Shown: positions 1 to 16,000, counted from the first letter of the stretch. The stretch is DNA of 64,000 bases from Phoronis australis (GCA_002633005.1 NMRA01000013.1:1268618-1332617), one strand, 5' to 3'. The notes: generated by a model from the letters alone, not told the origin. Made by a program: numbers and translations.

Positions 1-1086
1 AAGTATGAAATCTTGGAAGCATAAAATAGCGGGTACTGGTTTTGAAATTAGTCCACTAGGCTGGAAGGTGAACCAGTTTTCGAATTGCGAAGGGCATATT
101 GTTATAAACTAATGCGTCTAACCCCCTCCTCCTTGTCATAAATCGTCATCTTTTCCAAACCCCTTCTACCCATGAGTGATGACATAATATGTGAACACTA
201 CTTCAGTAATCTGTGGCACGTACAATTTGTCCCAAAAATGCTCACATGAAGGTTTGACCGTTACAACATAATGCAAGATCACAATAATTTGCAGACACTG
301 AAGACATCAGTCATAATCTAATTCTGGTGAGATCTGGAACTAGTTCTTTTTTGCATTCCGGTTAGATGCATTAAGCACATCTTTCGAAATTTCAGTCTTA
401 ACAAACTGGTAAAAAGTTGGTGAAGGTATGCAAAAACCTCATTGTATGGTAAAATCTCACCAATTTAGGACCCAATACAGTGGACAGTCAAGTGAAATTT
501 CATTTTCTCAGTTTTTAATAAAAGATGTGTAGCACCAAATAGACGTTTTCTATATTTAACATTGTGCTCTTTGGTTACCTTTGGGCAGGACTTCCTATAT
601 TGATATAGGAAGGCCCTGATCATAGGTAATCAAAGAGTGGGTGTCCAATAAAATTACAAAGGGAGTGAACAACAGAGGGCACTGGCATTAATAATATAGG
701 CAGTCACAATTTTGAGACTAAAATTGTTTCAGAATTGCTTGCCAATTTTATTTCAATAAGAATGAGTCATTTAAAATGGCAACCTGTTTAACATTCTCAT
801 GTCTTCTGGTTGAAAAAAATCGGAAACAATATTTTCTACAAAAATTGTTTTTTATTTGTATACTTCAAGACTGGGCTGCATAAAACTTTGAAACATAAGC
901 TGGACAAGTTTCATTGTTGCACAAATTCAACAAAAGCAACGTGACACAAGCCAATGCGATGCCAGTGTTGCTATCCAGTGTATAACTTGTATGCTACAAG
1001 GCCCAGTCTAATTAAACCTCATACTGAATACAGAAAACCCTGAAGTTTGTCAGTGCTGATGGCTAGATGGATTTAAAAAACCTTAC

Positions 1087-4000
1087 CTTCTTGTAAGATA
1101 CAACAGACCCGGTTTCACCGCACTTGGTCCCATTTTATCTTTATTCAACATCAGGCACTTTTTTCCTCGACTCCAGCCTACAAACACATCAAATAAGACA
1201 TTGATACGCATCAAAAATAGCCTGCCTGCCATTTTTCAACCACTAAAATCAACACGACCAAGTAAAGAAAAATTTCAGACTGGATCACATAATAGTCAAT
1301 ATCTGACAGACAGGCATCAACCGGATGTGTCTTGTTGCTAGGTGACAACAGAATACTAAGTGGCCAGCGTTCTGCATTATTCACTTCTTGCTCAATTTAT
1401 TGGTGCTGCAAAATACATTTGTTGTGTGTATTGTACAAGCAAAGGGGAAAGCAGGCCTGTTCCAAACACGCAGAATCATAGTTGAACACAGCACCTCGTT
1501 TTCAAGCATAATAGCCAATTTGTGCAAGTAGTGAATTAAATAAAAGTGAGATTTCCCAGTGTTCTTTTATAAAATCTGTGAAACCATCATGCAGTCAAAT
1601 TGCCACCGTTGGGTGGTGGTCCAATCAAATGAATCAGACCAGTGACATACAGATGACTCATCTCATGGGACTCACATTTTAAGAGAAAAGGACGGTGCAA
1701 AAGAAAAATTACCATTTTGCGAATAAGTACTACTGTATACAGGGCTTGATTACGAACAGCCATGCTTTAGGATCAACTTATTTTACATTCTCTAGTTGCA
1801 GGAATTTGCCATAATGCTTGTAAACTAGGTCTTGTGTCCATATGGTTTTTCGTGTTTTGGATACACATTTGGGTTGTTAAAGATGATGCTAATACAAAGC
1901 AGTGTATCCTAAACAGCTGTGCATTACAATCATTTTTTGCTCAACCAAAGCGTACAGGCAGTGAACTGCAAAGATTTCAAGGTAAGGACAAAACAGACCA
2001 ATCAACTTAAGACAAATTGCCGCAGTGACTGACAGTGTTCAATGACCGTTGATATTTAAAATTTGGGGAATTTCATTAAATGCAAATCTTCCTTAATTGG
2101 GGTCAGTGTTGGTAGTTCTCAAATGCATTCTGGGACAGAATGATGTCAGCTCTATACATACAGTAACATCATAGATAACTACGAGACACAACCAGTTCAA
2201 TTGTTACCTCGATAGTTTCGGCTCCTCAAATCTGTCGTTCAAAGGAATTGATACTTGAGGTGGAGCCATGATCGAGCTGTTCGTGAGAGTCACCCATTCA
2301 ACTATCAACATTTCTTCAGGGGAATTTATATTGTTAAGAACATAATTCTAACAAAGCTACTGTGTGCATAGCCAATAGCGGATTTGCAGCGCAGACGAAC
2401 TACGCATTGCGCATGTGCGAGTTACTTCCTTCGCGAAGGCTCATGGGATAGCTTGTGGTCAGGCATGTCTTAAGCTGGCTGGATAGTGTGTACATTTGGA
2501 GTGATTTGCAAACTAAAAACCATGTTTCATTTTTTGCTTTATAATACCAAGCAAGTCCTCTCTCTCGTTTGTAAACACAGCGTAGCTATGATTAGTGACC
2601 GTGTGACCGAGAGCACGACTGTCGCCGTGTTCAGTATTGGGGTTATCGGTGTTGATTTCGAAATCTCCTCCTATTTCAGACAAGTTGAGAGTTCTTTGGT
2701 TGCTTAACTTTTGTAGCTTTCGTCGTGGATATGCTAGAGACGTTAATTTTAAGTGGAAACTCCGTCGGAATGTTGTTCTCATAAGTCTTTTTTCCAGCAG
2801 GAAAATGTTCGCTGCACACACGGCACGATGGCCCCTAGGCAATTACATCGCACTGGATGCCGCAGGCATTCAGGGGCAATAGTACATCCTCACAAAAAGT
2901 TACTAATTTCAAAATACAGCAAATAAAATCAAATGAACCCGGCATACATATAGGAACACGGAGTTATAATTAACACATACCACGACTCTGGATACAATTT
3001 AGTCATGCAGCAAAACTTGAACGAATCGATGAAAATCTGTCGCAGTTTGTTCGAGTTTCTCTCAGTCACGGTTACCGGGTGCCATTTTGAGGAAGTTACG
3101 AGAAATTACGAATAAAAAGTCCAAGGGACACACATCTTACAAGTTTCACCCGATACCTTCTCATGCTATTTTACAAGTGTCGCGCGCTAGCGTCACGCGC
3201 TTCGCTCAGTCTCGCGCTAACCTTGCGCCTAACTCACGGGATTCAGTTGACATGCTTTGTGGTTATCGCGCACGCGGTGATAAAATTAACGGCAACCAAA
3301 AAGTGGAGTTGTAATTCTTCGCCAAAGTCAACTTAATTCTCACAACTAAGCTTCATTAAAGATATGTATAGAAGTAGAAAGGACCAATGATGAAAGTAAG
3401 CGTTTTTTAAATGATAGTTTTAAGTGTAGATTGTATTTTTGACGAGGTGAAAACTCGAAATCGGTAACCCAAACCCGGTCACGGCCCATTTAAAATACAC
3501 TAGAGTAACGAAATGAGTACAGAAAGCGAATGGAGGTATTGTAGCCCCTACATGGCCAGCCGAGGGGCTACGTGTTGCCTACTAGATGGCCCGGCCCGCG
3601 TTCGTTTGAATGCGCTAAATTTCCCCTTACTCCCAGGTCTCCTAATGTTGTTTATCCATTTTTCACGAAGTTCTTGGTTTGCATGGAACACATACAAACT
3701 CAGATTTTTATCTCTCTTGTTGTTTTTGAAGCAGCCAGGAACACAACAAGTGTATCCGCTGTAAGTTTTCTTCGCGCTCATACCGCGTATTATGCTTGTT
3801 ACTATGGCCGCTTTCGGAATCCTGACCACAGCACCCACAATGCACCATTTTAACCTAATTTCAATATGGCGTCGCTGCAAATCCGCTATTCAGTGTAAAG
3901 AGTGCAGGCTGTACTGCCATCGACAGCCATCTCGGGTTTTCCAGTCTGACTCCAAATTCAAGAAGCAGGTCATAAAGTAATTAAAAGCAAATGTCTGTGG

Positions 4001-7000
4001 CCAGTTTGTGTCAGACATAGACCAACTAAGTACAGTCTCAGTGGATATACACACGAGATGAAATTTCATAGTGCCAAATTTCTCAAACAAATATGTATTT
4101 TAGTTTGGTATCCACTTTTTTGTACGCTGTGAGATGTCATTAAATTATTCGGTCATAATTTAACAACATCTGCATCAAGGTAGTCAGACATTGAAAAATA
4201 AAAAATGACAATTTCGGCAATTTTTTGTGCAAAACAAGAGAATTACTTAAGTCATCTGCTAACTAACCAGAAAGTGGCGCCTCTTATGGGAGATTCATAC
4301 CAAAGTATCAGGGTTGCGAATTGACTGTCTATGATCTATGGTTTCAGTTAGACCTCAAATGGTATGGATCTTTCAGAATTATCCTTTGGGAGAAGGTTGT
4401 AGTAATTACCTAATGTCTCAATATTTCAAAGTTGTTCAGTGTTTGGAACAGCCTGATGGCTACTTTGAAAAGCCAAAACTGTCAAGGCAACATTTCAAAT
4501 GGTTGTCGCACAAGAAATTAGTTTATTACCTTTCAGTGGAGCTTCAGCGTGTGGCAGTTCAAATTTATCACAAAATTTTTTATCTTGTTTCGGAAGCACT
4601 CCTTCGCCAGTATCCCACAAGGACACAGTCTCCTCTGTGCTGGAAGGACTGCGACCTAACATGACCTAGAAGTGAAAAAATAATTTCCTTGAACAGCACT
4701 CAATGATCCGATTCTTTGTCTGCATTTGTTCACAGTGCACTAACAATGAATGAAATAGCAATGGAGTATATAATAAATGGAGGTGTGTTAATAAGTAAAA
4801 TAAAGCGCTACAGAAAAGTCCAACATCATTGACACATCTGGCAGTATGCCAAATGAAGAAAACTAATAATTCAAACTTGCTTTGGTTTTGTGTCCTCACC
4901 ATAGAAACGATTGACACTTCAGGTATTTGTCTACTCCATCGATAATGAAAAAGAATGAGTCAGAAGTCTTTTGCACAAGTGTGGGTGACAGGGGCACGAC
5001 ACTAATAAAGCCGCTGACACAAATTGTCCAGGTGTGAAACAACTACATCACATTTCATCATTGACAATTTGGCTCGTCTTGCCAGGAAATCAGATTGTAT
5101 CAAGTGAACGTCGTTGTCATCCTCACATAACGCCATGCTTTTTCCTAGTTTTATTACTCGTAGGATTGAAAAAAGATGCTGAACCCAGTTGGTAAGCAGA
5201 ACGAAATAACAATTGGACATTATGATTGGTTGGAATTTCAAAATAACATTCGGGCATTCTTATTAGTTGGATGTGGTGTGGTTTCTGGCTGCTGCAAGTT
5301 CATATTCTGTGACTCAAAATAGAAAGGCTTTACATAAAATGAAACCGTTCACCATGCTTTCCAACTCGTTCCCAGACTATATGTTTACGTCCGATCCAAG
5401 ACGTAAACCAAGTTGCTGGGACTCAATTAATTTGAACTTCAGCACATTTGTGGACTTGTTTACCAGCTAATATTATAACTTTTCTAAAACTTTATACTTA
5501 TAATGAACTCTTCTTCTACTTATGACATTTTCCAAAAATATTATTATGAAAATTGAATAGGAGCTATGTCTTTAAGTTACACTGGTGTAGCAAGAAAAGG
5601 TCCCTATTTATTTTCAAAAAATATTGAGAATTCAACTGACAGTTTACTCTTGGTATGTATCGAAGCCTAAACGTGATGTGGCAATGAAGATAAAATAGCA
5701 AAAGAAAGAACAATCAGTCTGAACAAACACGCTGAAAGTTAACTTGAGTCCCTATGTATTGGGATTGTCTCATGCAACTGGCCACAGATACCCACACCTG
5801 AAATTTTGTTTGCAACCCTTGTACAGAGCCATTCTCCTCGACTAGAGATGACGGTGTAAACGAGTTAAACGCAATACTAAAAAGTTCTACATGTCCGAAC
5901 TTTGCGACTCACCACCAGATATGACCCCCTTGTTAAAGGAGAGTCAAAGGGTCTGTTTATGCTCAACCCACCTTTTCGACTTGTTTCCGCTGTTTAACTT
6001 TCTCCAGCTGTTCATTGGTCATCAGTGCCTGCCACATCTTGTATTCCCGGTCGTATTTTCGGCGAAGACGCGGAAATCGATTATAGAGATTGTCAATAAG
6101 GAACAACTTCACACCCAGATAGAGGCCTGTGTGTTTTAACAATGGCAGCAACTTAACAAACAGTGCAGGATTATTCATTAAACCTAAATAAGCTACAGCT
6201 ACAGAGTTCCCATGCAAAACAGGGGCTCCACCTCATCTCTCGAGAGATTGGACAGCTTCGCAGCAGCAACATTAGATCTAAAATTTGGTTTGCTGCTTTA
6301 AAATACTAACGCCTTATAAAGAAATGAAACCAGTTCCAATAATTTGTTGTGACATGTACGCAACCTTATGGAAGAAGAATAGCTGATTGAAGAATCAGTG
6401 ATGCTATATTTCATGGCATCAAAAGCCGACGCATAAGATTGCTCTGCAACTTTGGCAGCAGAATAACGGTAGAACGTCAATTTTGTAACACGCAGGTAAA
6501 GTATTCTTTTTACTCAAGGTGAAGTGAAGCTTTTAATGACACTAATTTTGTGTCAGATCTTATTTGATCATTACACCCACATCGACAGAAAGCTTTACAT
6601 TTAGTATATGGCTTAGCACCAAGGCTAGGTATTGTTATAGTTTGTAATTGTAAACAATGTTATACATATATTGTTGGCAGAGTTATTTCAGTCATAATCT
6701 AAGAGACTTTCAATAGAACCAGTCACAAACTTATATAACAGAAATCACTGAATAGTTTGCTCTCATCATTCAACACTCAAAGAGGTCATCCAGACACTTT
6801 TCAGTGGTGACCAATTTGTTGATGAATGATCCAGGCAGAGCATAATTTAGAATAAAACTAATTGCTAATTCCTGTTTAGATTTTCAAAGGATTTTAACAT
6901 TGTAGCTATTGCACAGAAACTCTCAGAATGGTGATTGGTAATACTTATGATATGGAAATTACCAATGATCAAGCATGAATATCTTTTATGCAAAAAAATA

Positions 7001-10000
7001 TCAATAAAATTTCACTAATGTCTATCATGTGAACTAAATCATGGAAATTTTGCCAAAGTAAGGTTGGGGTGCACTTGTGCAACACACACAAGATCTTACA
7101 TGATTTCTGTGCTACTCCTGCAACATAATCTTGTATGACCTTGTTAGACACAAACTAGTATTATTGAACAAGTCCTAATCGTTTCATATTGACTGTGGCA
7201 CTATGGCAACAATCACCGAGGCAACAATCACCATGGCAACAGCAGTCAACAGGCTTTGATCAAACAAGAAACATGAACAAGCTAGCACCTATTTGTTTCA
7301 AGGGGATCTTAAATCTGTGAAAAGTTTTCAACTTCTTGGTTCTATGTCAAGTTTCAAGGGTTAGAAGGAAAAAATTTCATGAAAGATTGAAATTTAAGCG
7401 AGAGGAGGCACTGTGGTCTAGTGGGATCAGTGTGTGCTTCCTTTACTCAAGGCCGTGGGTTTAAATCCCACTGGGGCATATTGCTAGACCCTGGAGTCAG
7501 TACTCTAGCTTTCCAGCTCCGTTTTAACTATATACAGATTAATGAAGCATAAAAAATGGTTACAGGTGATCAGTTCAATTGGCCTACCTGAGCGGCCTCT
7601 GTACATCTGGTACAACGTGTACCAGACCACCTTTAATTGTTTTAATCATTAAAATTTACATAAGTTCTAACCTTGTAATTACATTGGTCACTTACCCACA
7701 CAAAACGCAAGGGTCTGGCCCCGTACCAAACACGTGATGATGAACACAAAACACAGGGTAAAAAACAGATCTCTGGCTTCTCTTGGCTGTTCCCATGTCA
7801 GCAAGCTAGAAACAGATGGAACAGTTACCATGACAAGCGAAGAAATTTTCCAGATGGACGTCCACAAACACAAAGCTAGGTTTGAAACACAGCTGAATCC
7901 GAAAAGTTATGCTAAAGAAGATTTCCAATGAATTACTTCTCTTACCACTCAGTAACACGGATACATTAAAATTGCATTTTTCCTGTTCACCTGGCTAAAA
8001 AACAAAAATACAACCAGGCTTTTTACACTAAGAAATGGTCTCAAAATGGGCCATACCATGATGAGACTTATTTCTGTTACCAGCAAGAACATCAAAACAA
8101 TCGGTGACTCAAGAGTCCTCTTCCAAGTTTAGTGGGGTTTGCCAACCCTTAAAGTTCTCATTGTATTTCAAAAATGGTGTATGTAGTACGCATTGCCTAT
8201 GACTTGAGCTGCAGGCTCATCTGGCAACATTTGAAGATTGAGTGAGCCTGGTGGCAATTAAAGCCTCTACCCGCTCTGAAAAGCACTTACTACAGCACGA
8301 TAATCATGACCATTATTCAATTTAATGCGTTAATCAGATAACATTCAATCATGTACAATTATTAAAAAGTGAAACTTTGAAAAATACAAATTGTACACGG
8401 TATATTGTCTATATCTTAAGTGTACAAAGCAATCACAGTCACATTTTCTATTCATCTGGTAAAAACAAAAAAGTAGCAACAAAATCATCAGCGTTATCCA
8501 AGATTTGATCACACGCTGACCAGCAAATGGCATGTCGATGTTAGACAAAAGGGTGGTGGGCTCTCAAGCCTCAGTTGCATCCAGTACTGCCACACCTCAA
8601 CCACCGAACTTGTAATCAAGGTGTGGAGTTTTGTGACAAAATTTCTAACTGAAGACAATCTATACTTTTTGGATGTGCTATTAAAGGTGGTCTCCTGTAA
8701 TTTTCTAATAAGCATCAAACACTGCTACAGGCACACAGAAGGAAAGACAATTGCAGAAAATTACCATAACTTACTTGTTTATTTTTTCCAACCTGTCGGC
8801 CAAATCGCCCAGAATGTTCTGAAAATATGAAAAGGCAGTTTAAACTTATGCGCAAGATAAAATTTCACCTGGGTGCAGCGTTATATTTGTGAACCATTGT
8901 TTTGGACCATGTTGTAACAGAGATGGACCGAATGGAGCTCACTTATAAATGAAAAGTCTCATTGCCCCATACTCAATTTAGGCCAGTTTGAATTTTGCAA
9001 TTTCGGCTTGAACTAACACTGCATGGAACTATAAAAAAGATTTAAACACAGTTTGCAATGAGAAAGGTGCAAGTATACAATCTCATGCCAGTGTTAAGTT
9101 CATCAAAAATTCTAAAAAAGTTCAGAAACTTTTAAAATAATTCACTCTAGACATTCTGACACAAATTTTGTGATGGAAAGATAGAAACTAGCTCTATGAT
9201 GTAAACAACACCGATACCCAGTTGTGAATTTACACAATTCCACATCAACAACAAAGAAAACAAACCGGTCCTTTTCAGCCACAGCCTGGACACTGAATAG
9301 TATTAACAAGTATACATAAACGAATATATCGGAAAAAATGAAAGAGAACACACCTGGACTTTTCTTGTGACCTGAAGAACAATTGTGAAGGTGCCTGGTT
9401 TGTCTTTTTCTTTGTCGTCATCTTCCAGCTGACGAAAATATTCAAACATATTTGAAGCCACATGCTGCGCTAACATGGTATTGTCTACTCATAACCAACC
9501 ATGACGCTAAGAACACTGTTTAAAATAGAATTCACTGAGTAATTTCAATCTTTTCACTTTGCTTTCATTGTTTTTCACTGATCTCACAAATGTGAAGTAT
9601 ATTGCAGGCAGTTGACGGTCAAACACAATCTCATCTCAGGAGTTATTCACTGAGCTTAACTGTGAAGCGTGGTGTTGGAAACGGCAACAAAATGTAACAA
9701 GAAATGACAAAACTTGAACTGTATGTAACATTCAGTTAATTCTTATCACCACATGAATTAATTAATTTTGAAACACCGCCACCTAGTGACAACCAACTAT
9801 ATATATGTAACATATGAAAAAGTAATTCAGAAAAGAAAACGTGAAAAATTGACTAAGATGCCAAATTGCTTTCAAAACTGAGAATACAGTTCAGAAGACA
9901 ACAGACAACTGTATTCATGTGCTGTTTCCTGCTTTTTTATGGAGTTACTAACAATACATGTATAATTCTACAATTTTATCACGGGAACTCGAAGTAATTA

Positions 10001-13000
10001 CTACGCATAACAGGTTGATTTGCATATTCACAGATTTAACAAGCTATGGCTGCTTAGGGCTTTGTAGGCCGCACATCATAACGAAGGAATCTTGTGAGAA
10101 ATCTTAGATTGTGGAACATAAATAGTATTTACTCACAGCTTTTCCCACAATTAAACATTCCAAACTTGCCGTCCATGACAGCCATTTTGCCAGTGTGTTT
10201 AAGGTCCCGTACTACAAAACACTTGCCTTTAACAAGCGTGATTTTGCACGATTTTGCATATTTTCGCCAAAGTTGCAAGAAACTTGCACTAAGTAACCCA
10301 TTCCTATTCTTATACCCCAAAGAGCACAAAAATCAGAGGCGGATCTACAGGGGGGGTTCAGGGGGTTTAAACCCCCCCCTCACGACAGGATCAAAAATAA
10401 AAACTGGAAAAAATATCACCAGAAAAACGAAATTAGCTACTAAAAATCCCAAAAAATCTTACACGGGAGGAGGGAAACCCTCTCGCGACCTTCCTTCTCC
10501 TCGGCGCTACGCGCCTCGGATTCTTTCGAATCCTAAACCCCCCCTTACTGAAATCGTAGATCTGCCACTGAAAATAATACATATTATTACCTTAGTCTCA
10601 ACATCTTGAGTGTCAAAGTATTGCAAGTTCATATTCCAACCCCTGAAACAAAGCAATACAGCTCCCATCAAATATAACACTAATGTGGAATAACCTGAAA
10701 TAATCATTACAAAGTTATTGAATAACTGATCTACTGTCTCATTATTTTTACCAAATACGCACACAACCAAATACTTCAGAGCCAATTTAAAAATCAATTT
10801 TTTTATAACTTAGGTGTCAATTAAAATTAGGCTAGTTTCCCCCCACATCAGCGACTGTAATTAAGTGAGTGGTCAAAGATAATGAAAACAAAACAAAAGA
10901 TCTGTTTAATTGCAATAACAGAATATTATTGCAACAAAAATTAGTGTACCTCCAGACGGAGGTCTCATCTGAAGCTGAGGTACATTTACTTACCCTTGCC
11001 TCAGGTAGTTGGCAAACAGTCTGACTATCAGCAAGAACAGCACAAAAGGCAGGAACCAGCCGCACCATACAAAGTACATGTAGGCCTAGGAATAATGAAA
11101 CAATAAACATAGAAAAAAATTTCCAAGAAAGTCTCCACTAAGGTCCCACAGAGACTCTTTCGGAAATGATGATCAAAATAGATCAATGGAGTCCCTTTTG
11201 GAGTTGTTTTGCACTCTTCTCATCTTCTGGAATGGGACAGGGGTATGGGAAATGTGGTAAAATGTCATTATTTTCTCATTTTTCGGACCGATTAGTTGTC
11301 AACAGGCGCATTGCCGGACTACTTTCATGGTAGCCAAACTGGAGATAATGTGAAACTTGATTAGTCAACCAAAGTTAAATCTAGGTAGAAGAAATCACCG
11401 CCTTGGTGCCAACACAACTAAGTTGAATGTTGTAATTTTCTTCTTGCAGCATTCTTAAACCCCACTCCAGAATGAGAGCGCAATACAAGTCTCTGAAAAA
11501 GCACCGCCGAATTTTCCAAAATACCCCCTAAAGTCTTCGGTACAAATTCAGATTCTTCAACTGCTCATGCAAACTGACACAGAGCAAGTATGTGGACTAC
11601 AACAACAACTCTGCCACCTTCAGGCCAGATTACTCTGGCTTAGAAAACAAACTTTTGAACGCTAGAGCAAGCATGTCAACCTCAGTGGGACTTTTGACAG
11701 CTCTTCTTGTGCTACACCATAACACCAATGTACCAAGACATCAACAACTAGCATGCATTTACCTGGAATTACTGAAAACAATCACATCCCGAAAATAATT
11801 GTCACTTTTACATTCATTTGACACACGTCTCAATGTGCACACTTTTATGTTTACTTTTCATCAAATTTTTCAATTAGAATACTATTCAATACAACAATGC
11901 GTGTCGCTCAGTGTTGCTCCAAGACATTTTCGGTGAAGCACAGGTTCTGAAATAGTAGTTACTGAGTCACAGTGAAATCTGACCCCATTAGGGGGTGAGC
12001 AGGCACTCCTTGTCAGGGTAATAGTAGCCAGTGAGGTTGGCATGTGGTTGTCAGACTTTCCAATATAGCGAAAGTACCATTCCTTGCACACAGCCTTCCA
12101 TTTCTCAGGGAGCAAAGGGAGCAACTATGAATGCTTTTTACTGGTTGGGGTTACAACAGGCACTTACCAGAGCCTCAAATTTAGGACTGTCTTTTCTTTA
12201 GGGATTAGAGAACAGTGATGGATGTCAGTGATAACTCCTACTGCTCATAGCAATGTTATTCCCCCCATCCATTTTAGACACTGCACACTACAAAAACTAA
12301 ATCTTATCATTTAAAATTGAACTCTTTCAGTGTTTGAAAAGCAACAATTGGTTAATTACAAAAAAAGAAAAGAGACATAAAGCGCATTCAGCTCCTTGTT
12401 CCTTTTTTGTTAAGTCCTGACCTCTACTGTATAACCAGGTCAAGCAACACAATGGGGGGCCACTTGACTTGTGTACACCACCACCTAACAAGAGAGATCT
12501 TAACACCACCCAAAAATGCAGTGAAAATGGAATAGGGGAGCGCATCGTGCAAAAAGATGTTCCAGATGTACACTGATGCTGCTTTGCTCTAATTCATCTT
12601 TACAGTTAATGTATCTGGGTTGCCTTTAAATGTTCAATATGCAGAAGAAAGCATTTAAACAAATACTTACAAAGAACCAAACAAATGACAAAGATGGATT
12701 GTTCCAGGAGAGGACACCGTGTATACCCTTAAATGTGCCCAGCAACGGCTTGATTCCATCACCTGGTGATCAAAAGGACAAATTAAACATACAGTGCTCG
12801 CCTGGTTACTTCAAAAGAAATTTAAATTGAGCATGGGTTTTTGAAAACAAAATTGCTGAAAAGTCGAAATTTCTCTTGTGGCATTCACAAGTCTAAGCAC
12901 TTTTCAAGAACTTAACTCCTAACCATCTAACCATGGCTTGGAAGTGTCATCTAGCATAGATCTAAAAGCATTTTGCTAAAGTCTCCCGTTTGGTTTCAAC

Positions 13001-16000
13001 TCCACATGACAGCGGTTTCTTAATCACGGCCAATCTAGCCAAAAGTTAATTGTGCTTTTTCGACGAGCACACCATTTATGTACTACAACTCAAAGAGTTA
13101 CTTAAACCATCAATCAATGGGCAAAAAATCAGTCTTAAACAGAATTAAATTTTGGAAGCCAAAAATCGCCACATAAGGACCACGATACACGTTACGTATC
13201 ATTCCCCTGGATTGTTAAAACCAAGAAATTTCGAAGGACACAATCTGACCTAGAATCACGCTTGCTTAAAGTTGGCAAGCACGCCTATTGCACAAAATGC
13301 TGTGGTAATAAGTGGGTCAGAGCTTACAGTCACACAAAGGAATCTGGGGGAAAATCGAGTCTAATTTCCCTGAAAGTCAACCGTTTTTCTCTGTTCAAAG
13401 TTTTTTTGGAGATACATTTCATAAAAATCACATCTTCATGGCATTTGTTGAACATTTTCTGGAAATAGTATTTTTAAGTATCGGATAACGTCAGGCCCGC
13501 CGTTTACAACGTAATTGCGAGATTACGTGAGCTTATCAGTGGAACACAGACGACAGCACTAGACAATGTAAACATTGGATTACCAACTTCTCTCCTTGCT
13601 ATCACTATCAAACTGATAACAACGCGGCTGCAACCCGAGTTCCCGATCAGTGGATTGGGAAACTCACCCCACAGCGCGGGAGCGTAACGTATCAATTTAA
13701 TTTGGCCAGTGTTTTATTGCCCGGAGGCCATCGCTAACGTGATAAGTGCTGTACTCCACACAATAGGGCCTAGAAGATCAGATTTCCTGATAAACAGACC
13801 TCTAGACAAGAACATCTTGTACAAATCTACTGACAAAGTGCAATTTGCTGTGAAATGGCCGAAGTTTCTAATGGGCAAAACAGTTTGGGAGTGGCTATAA
13901 CAACAGTGCCACACATATTAACAGCCTCTGGGAGCTTCAAAGTCTTTAACCAAAACCAACCAAATTTACCAGTTATAGGCCCATCTAGTGTTTGGCTATG
14001 GCTCCTACCTATTTTCAGCCATATTGTCTGCCCTTCTAATGAGACTATGGTACAAGCTGAGGTATCTTTTACAATAAATTATTGTAGAGGTAAGTGGTCT
14101 CACTCAAAAGACGACACAATCGAAAAATGTCGAAGGCAGGTGCAGTAATAGGGGTTAAAGAAACAGCACGTGAACCTAGTAATAACTGATTGTACTTTTG
14201 AACAGTTATTAGAATGTTGTCAAATGGATAAAAACAGCCGCGACTTATTTGGAAGCAATATTACCGAATCGATTAACATTCTTTCTCAGCATTTTCACTG
14301 TCAACGGAGGTCCTTCTGCTGCTACAGCCTCACTTTCATCCTCGGTAAAGTCCTCAGCAATCTCGTAGAGTTTCTGCATAAGCCACTGCTGCAGTCTCAC
14401 AGCCCACGTCCGTCGTTTTGGCCCACCTGAATTGAATGGGAAGGATACTCTAGACAAATTTCAAATTTTCAGCATATCACGTCATGGACCATAAAACTGT
14501 TATGCAATGATTCTGGCGTGTATTTGGTCACATAAAGCTTGTCAATTTGAGGAGTTTGTGACGCAAAAATGGGCACCTTAGCCCCACAGCAGAGGTGATT
14601 ATCAGGAGCCTGCGCTGGGTGACAGCATAAAAAATACCAAACGCTATTACTACTCCACTGACAAAATTGTACGATCAAGCTGGGTATTGGTATGTAACTT
14701 AGGCGGGGGGGGAGGCAGCCAAGAATCTACCGCTATTGTGGCATCATTTGAATACAATCTCTTAAACATAAATTTAAACAACTTTCCAAATTACGTATGT
14801 CATAATTCTGCCATTATTGCACTATCAAATTTTTCAAATGAATCACAAAATTTCTAAGGTTTTTCTCAAGAAAATAAAATTGCTCATGAAGGAATTAGAA
14901 TAAGCAATAGTGATCTTAATCATCATAACAGAATTCTGTTTGAATTACAAACAAGAACAAGACAATGCGTTCATTCGTTATTTTCCATTTTGGTCTTCAA
15001 ACAGACTGACAAATCCAGTGTTACAAACATAACTACAAGTATAATCAGTAAAGCCAGTCTTCAGACTGACTGACAAGTCAATACAAGTATTAATAGTAAA
15101 ATCTCAATCATTTTCGACAGGTTCATCAGTTCAGACAAGAAAATATATAACTTCAAGTGATTAAATGTTGTTGGTCACTTGTGGTAACATAGTGAAAGTT
15201 GTTGTCATCAGTTTCACCATTTTTGGATGTAACTTGCAAGTCTGACATGTTTCGTTGCCGTCAGAAACAGGGGCTTTAACAATAATTTTACAGGGCACCT
15301 TCTCAACTTGACAGTAAACCTTGGCCAAAGATGCAACATCAGCCATTCATGCTGCTATAGGCACAATTCACCCGCACAAGGTAGAAAACAGATTTGGTGT
15401 GCAGGCGGCCGAGACGCGACCTCGTATAATGCTACCTAGGCCGCTTGCTGACTTGTGCAGTCGAGGATTTGCGTGATTATGACAAAATTTAGTTAAAACG
15501 TCTTTACCTTCTGTGACAGGGTCTACCACCTCAGCATCCACAGCTTTTTCGGCGAGGGCAATTGCATCTTCTGCTAGAGCAATAGCATCCAAAGAATCAG
15601 TGTCCTGCTCAAGAGAACCATCCCCCATTTGAACTTCTTCATTCTTCTTATTAGACTCACTGAAAAAAATCAAGTCTGCTGTTAAGATCATTTAGTAAAT
15701 ACACATGAGGAACTTATTACAGGTAAAAATTGAACATCTCAGGATGATCCTCCCATGGTTGGAGTTTACCATACGGTGAATAATACGCTTACAAGGAAGT
15801 CACGCATTTCTAAAGATATGCGGGAATTTTCACAGCTCGTCCTTCTGAGTGGTTTGTACCAGTATCAAAGAGAGCGCGGTGCTGGAATCAGGTACAATTG
15901 TGATGACTGCATTGCCCAATGCAAGCAGGACCCAATTAAATGTAATTATCCAACCATAAACTGCATTAAACACCTGTGACTGTACATAATGGCGAATTTT

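Noticed and set aside
7404-7480. tRNA gene
   Set aside because: A and B boxes are present but acceptor and anticodon stems do not pair; more likely a SINE head.
10094-10609. 171-aa plus-strand ORF
   Set aside because: Runs across a MITE, antisense within a GRAMD4 intron, with no domain signal.
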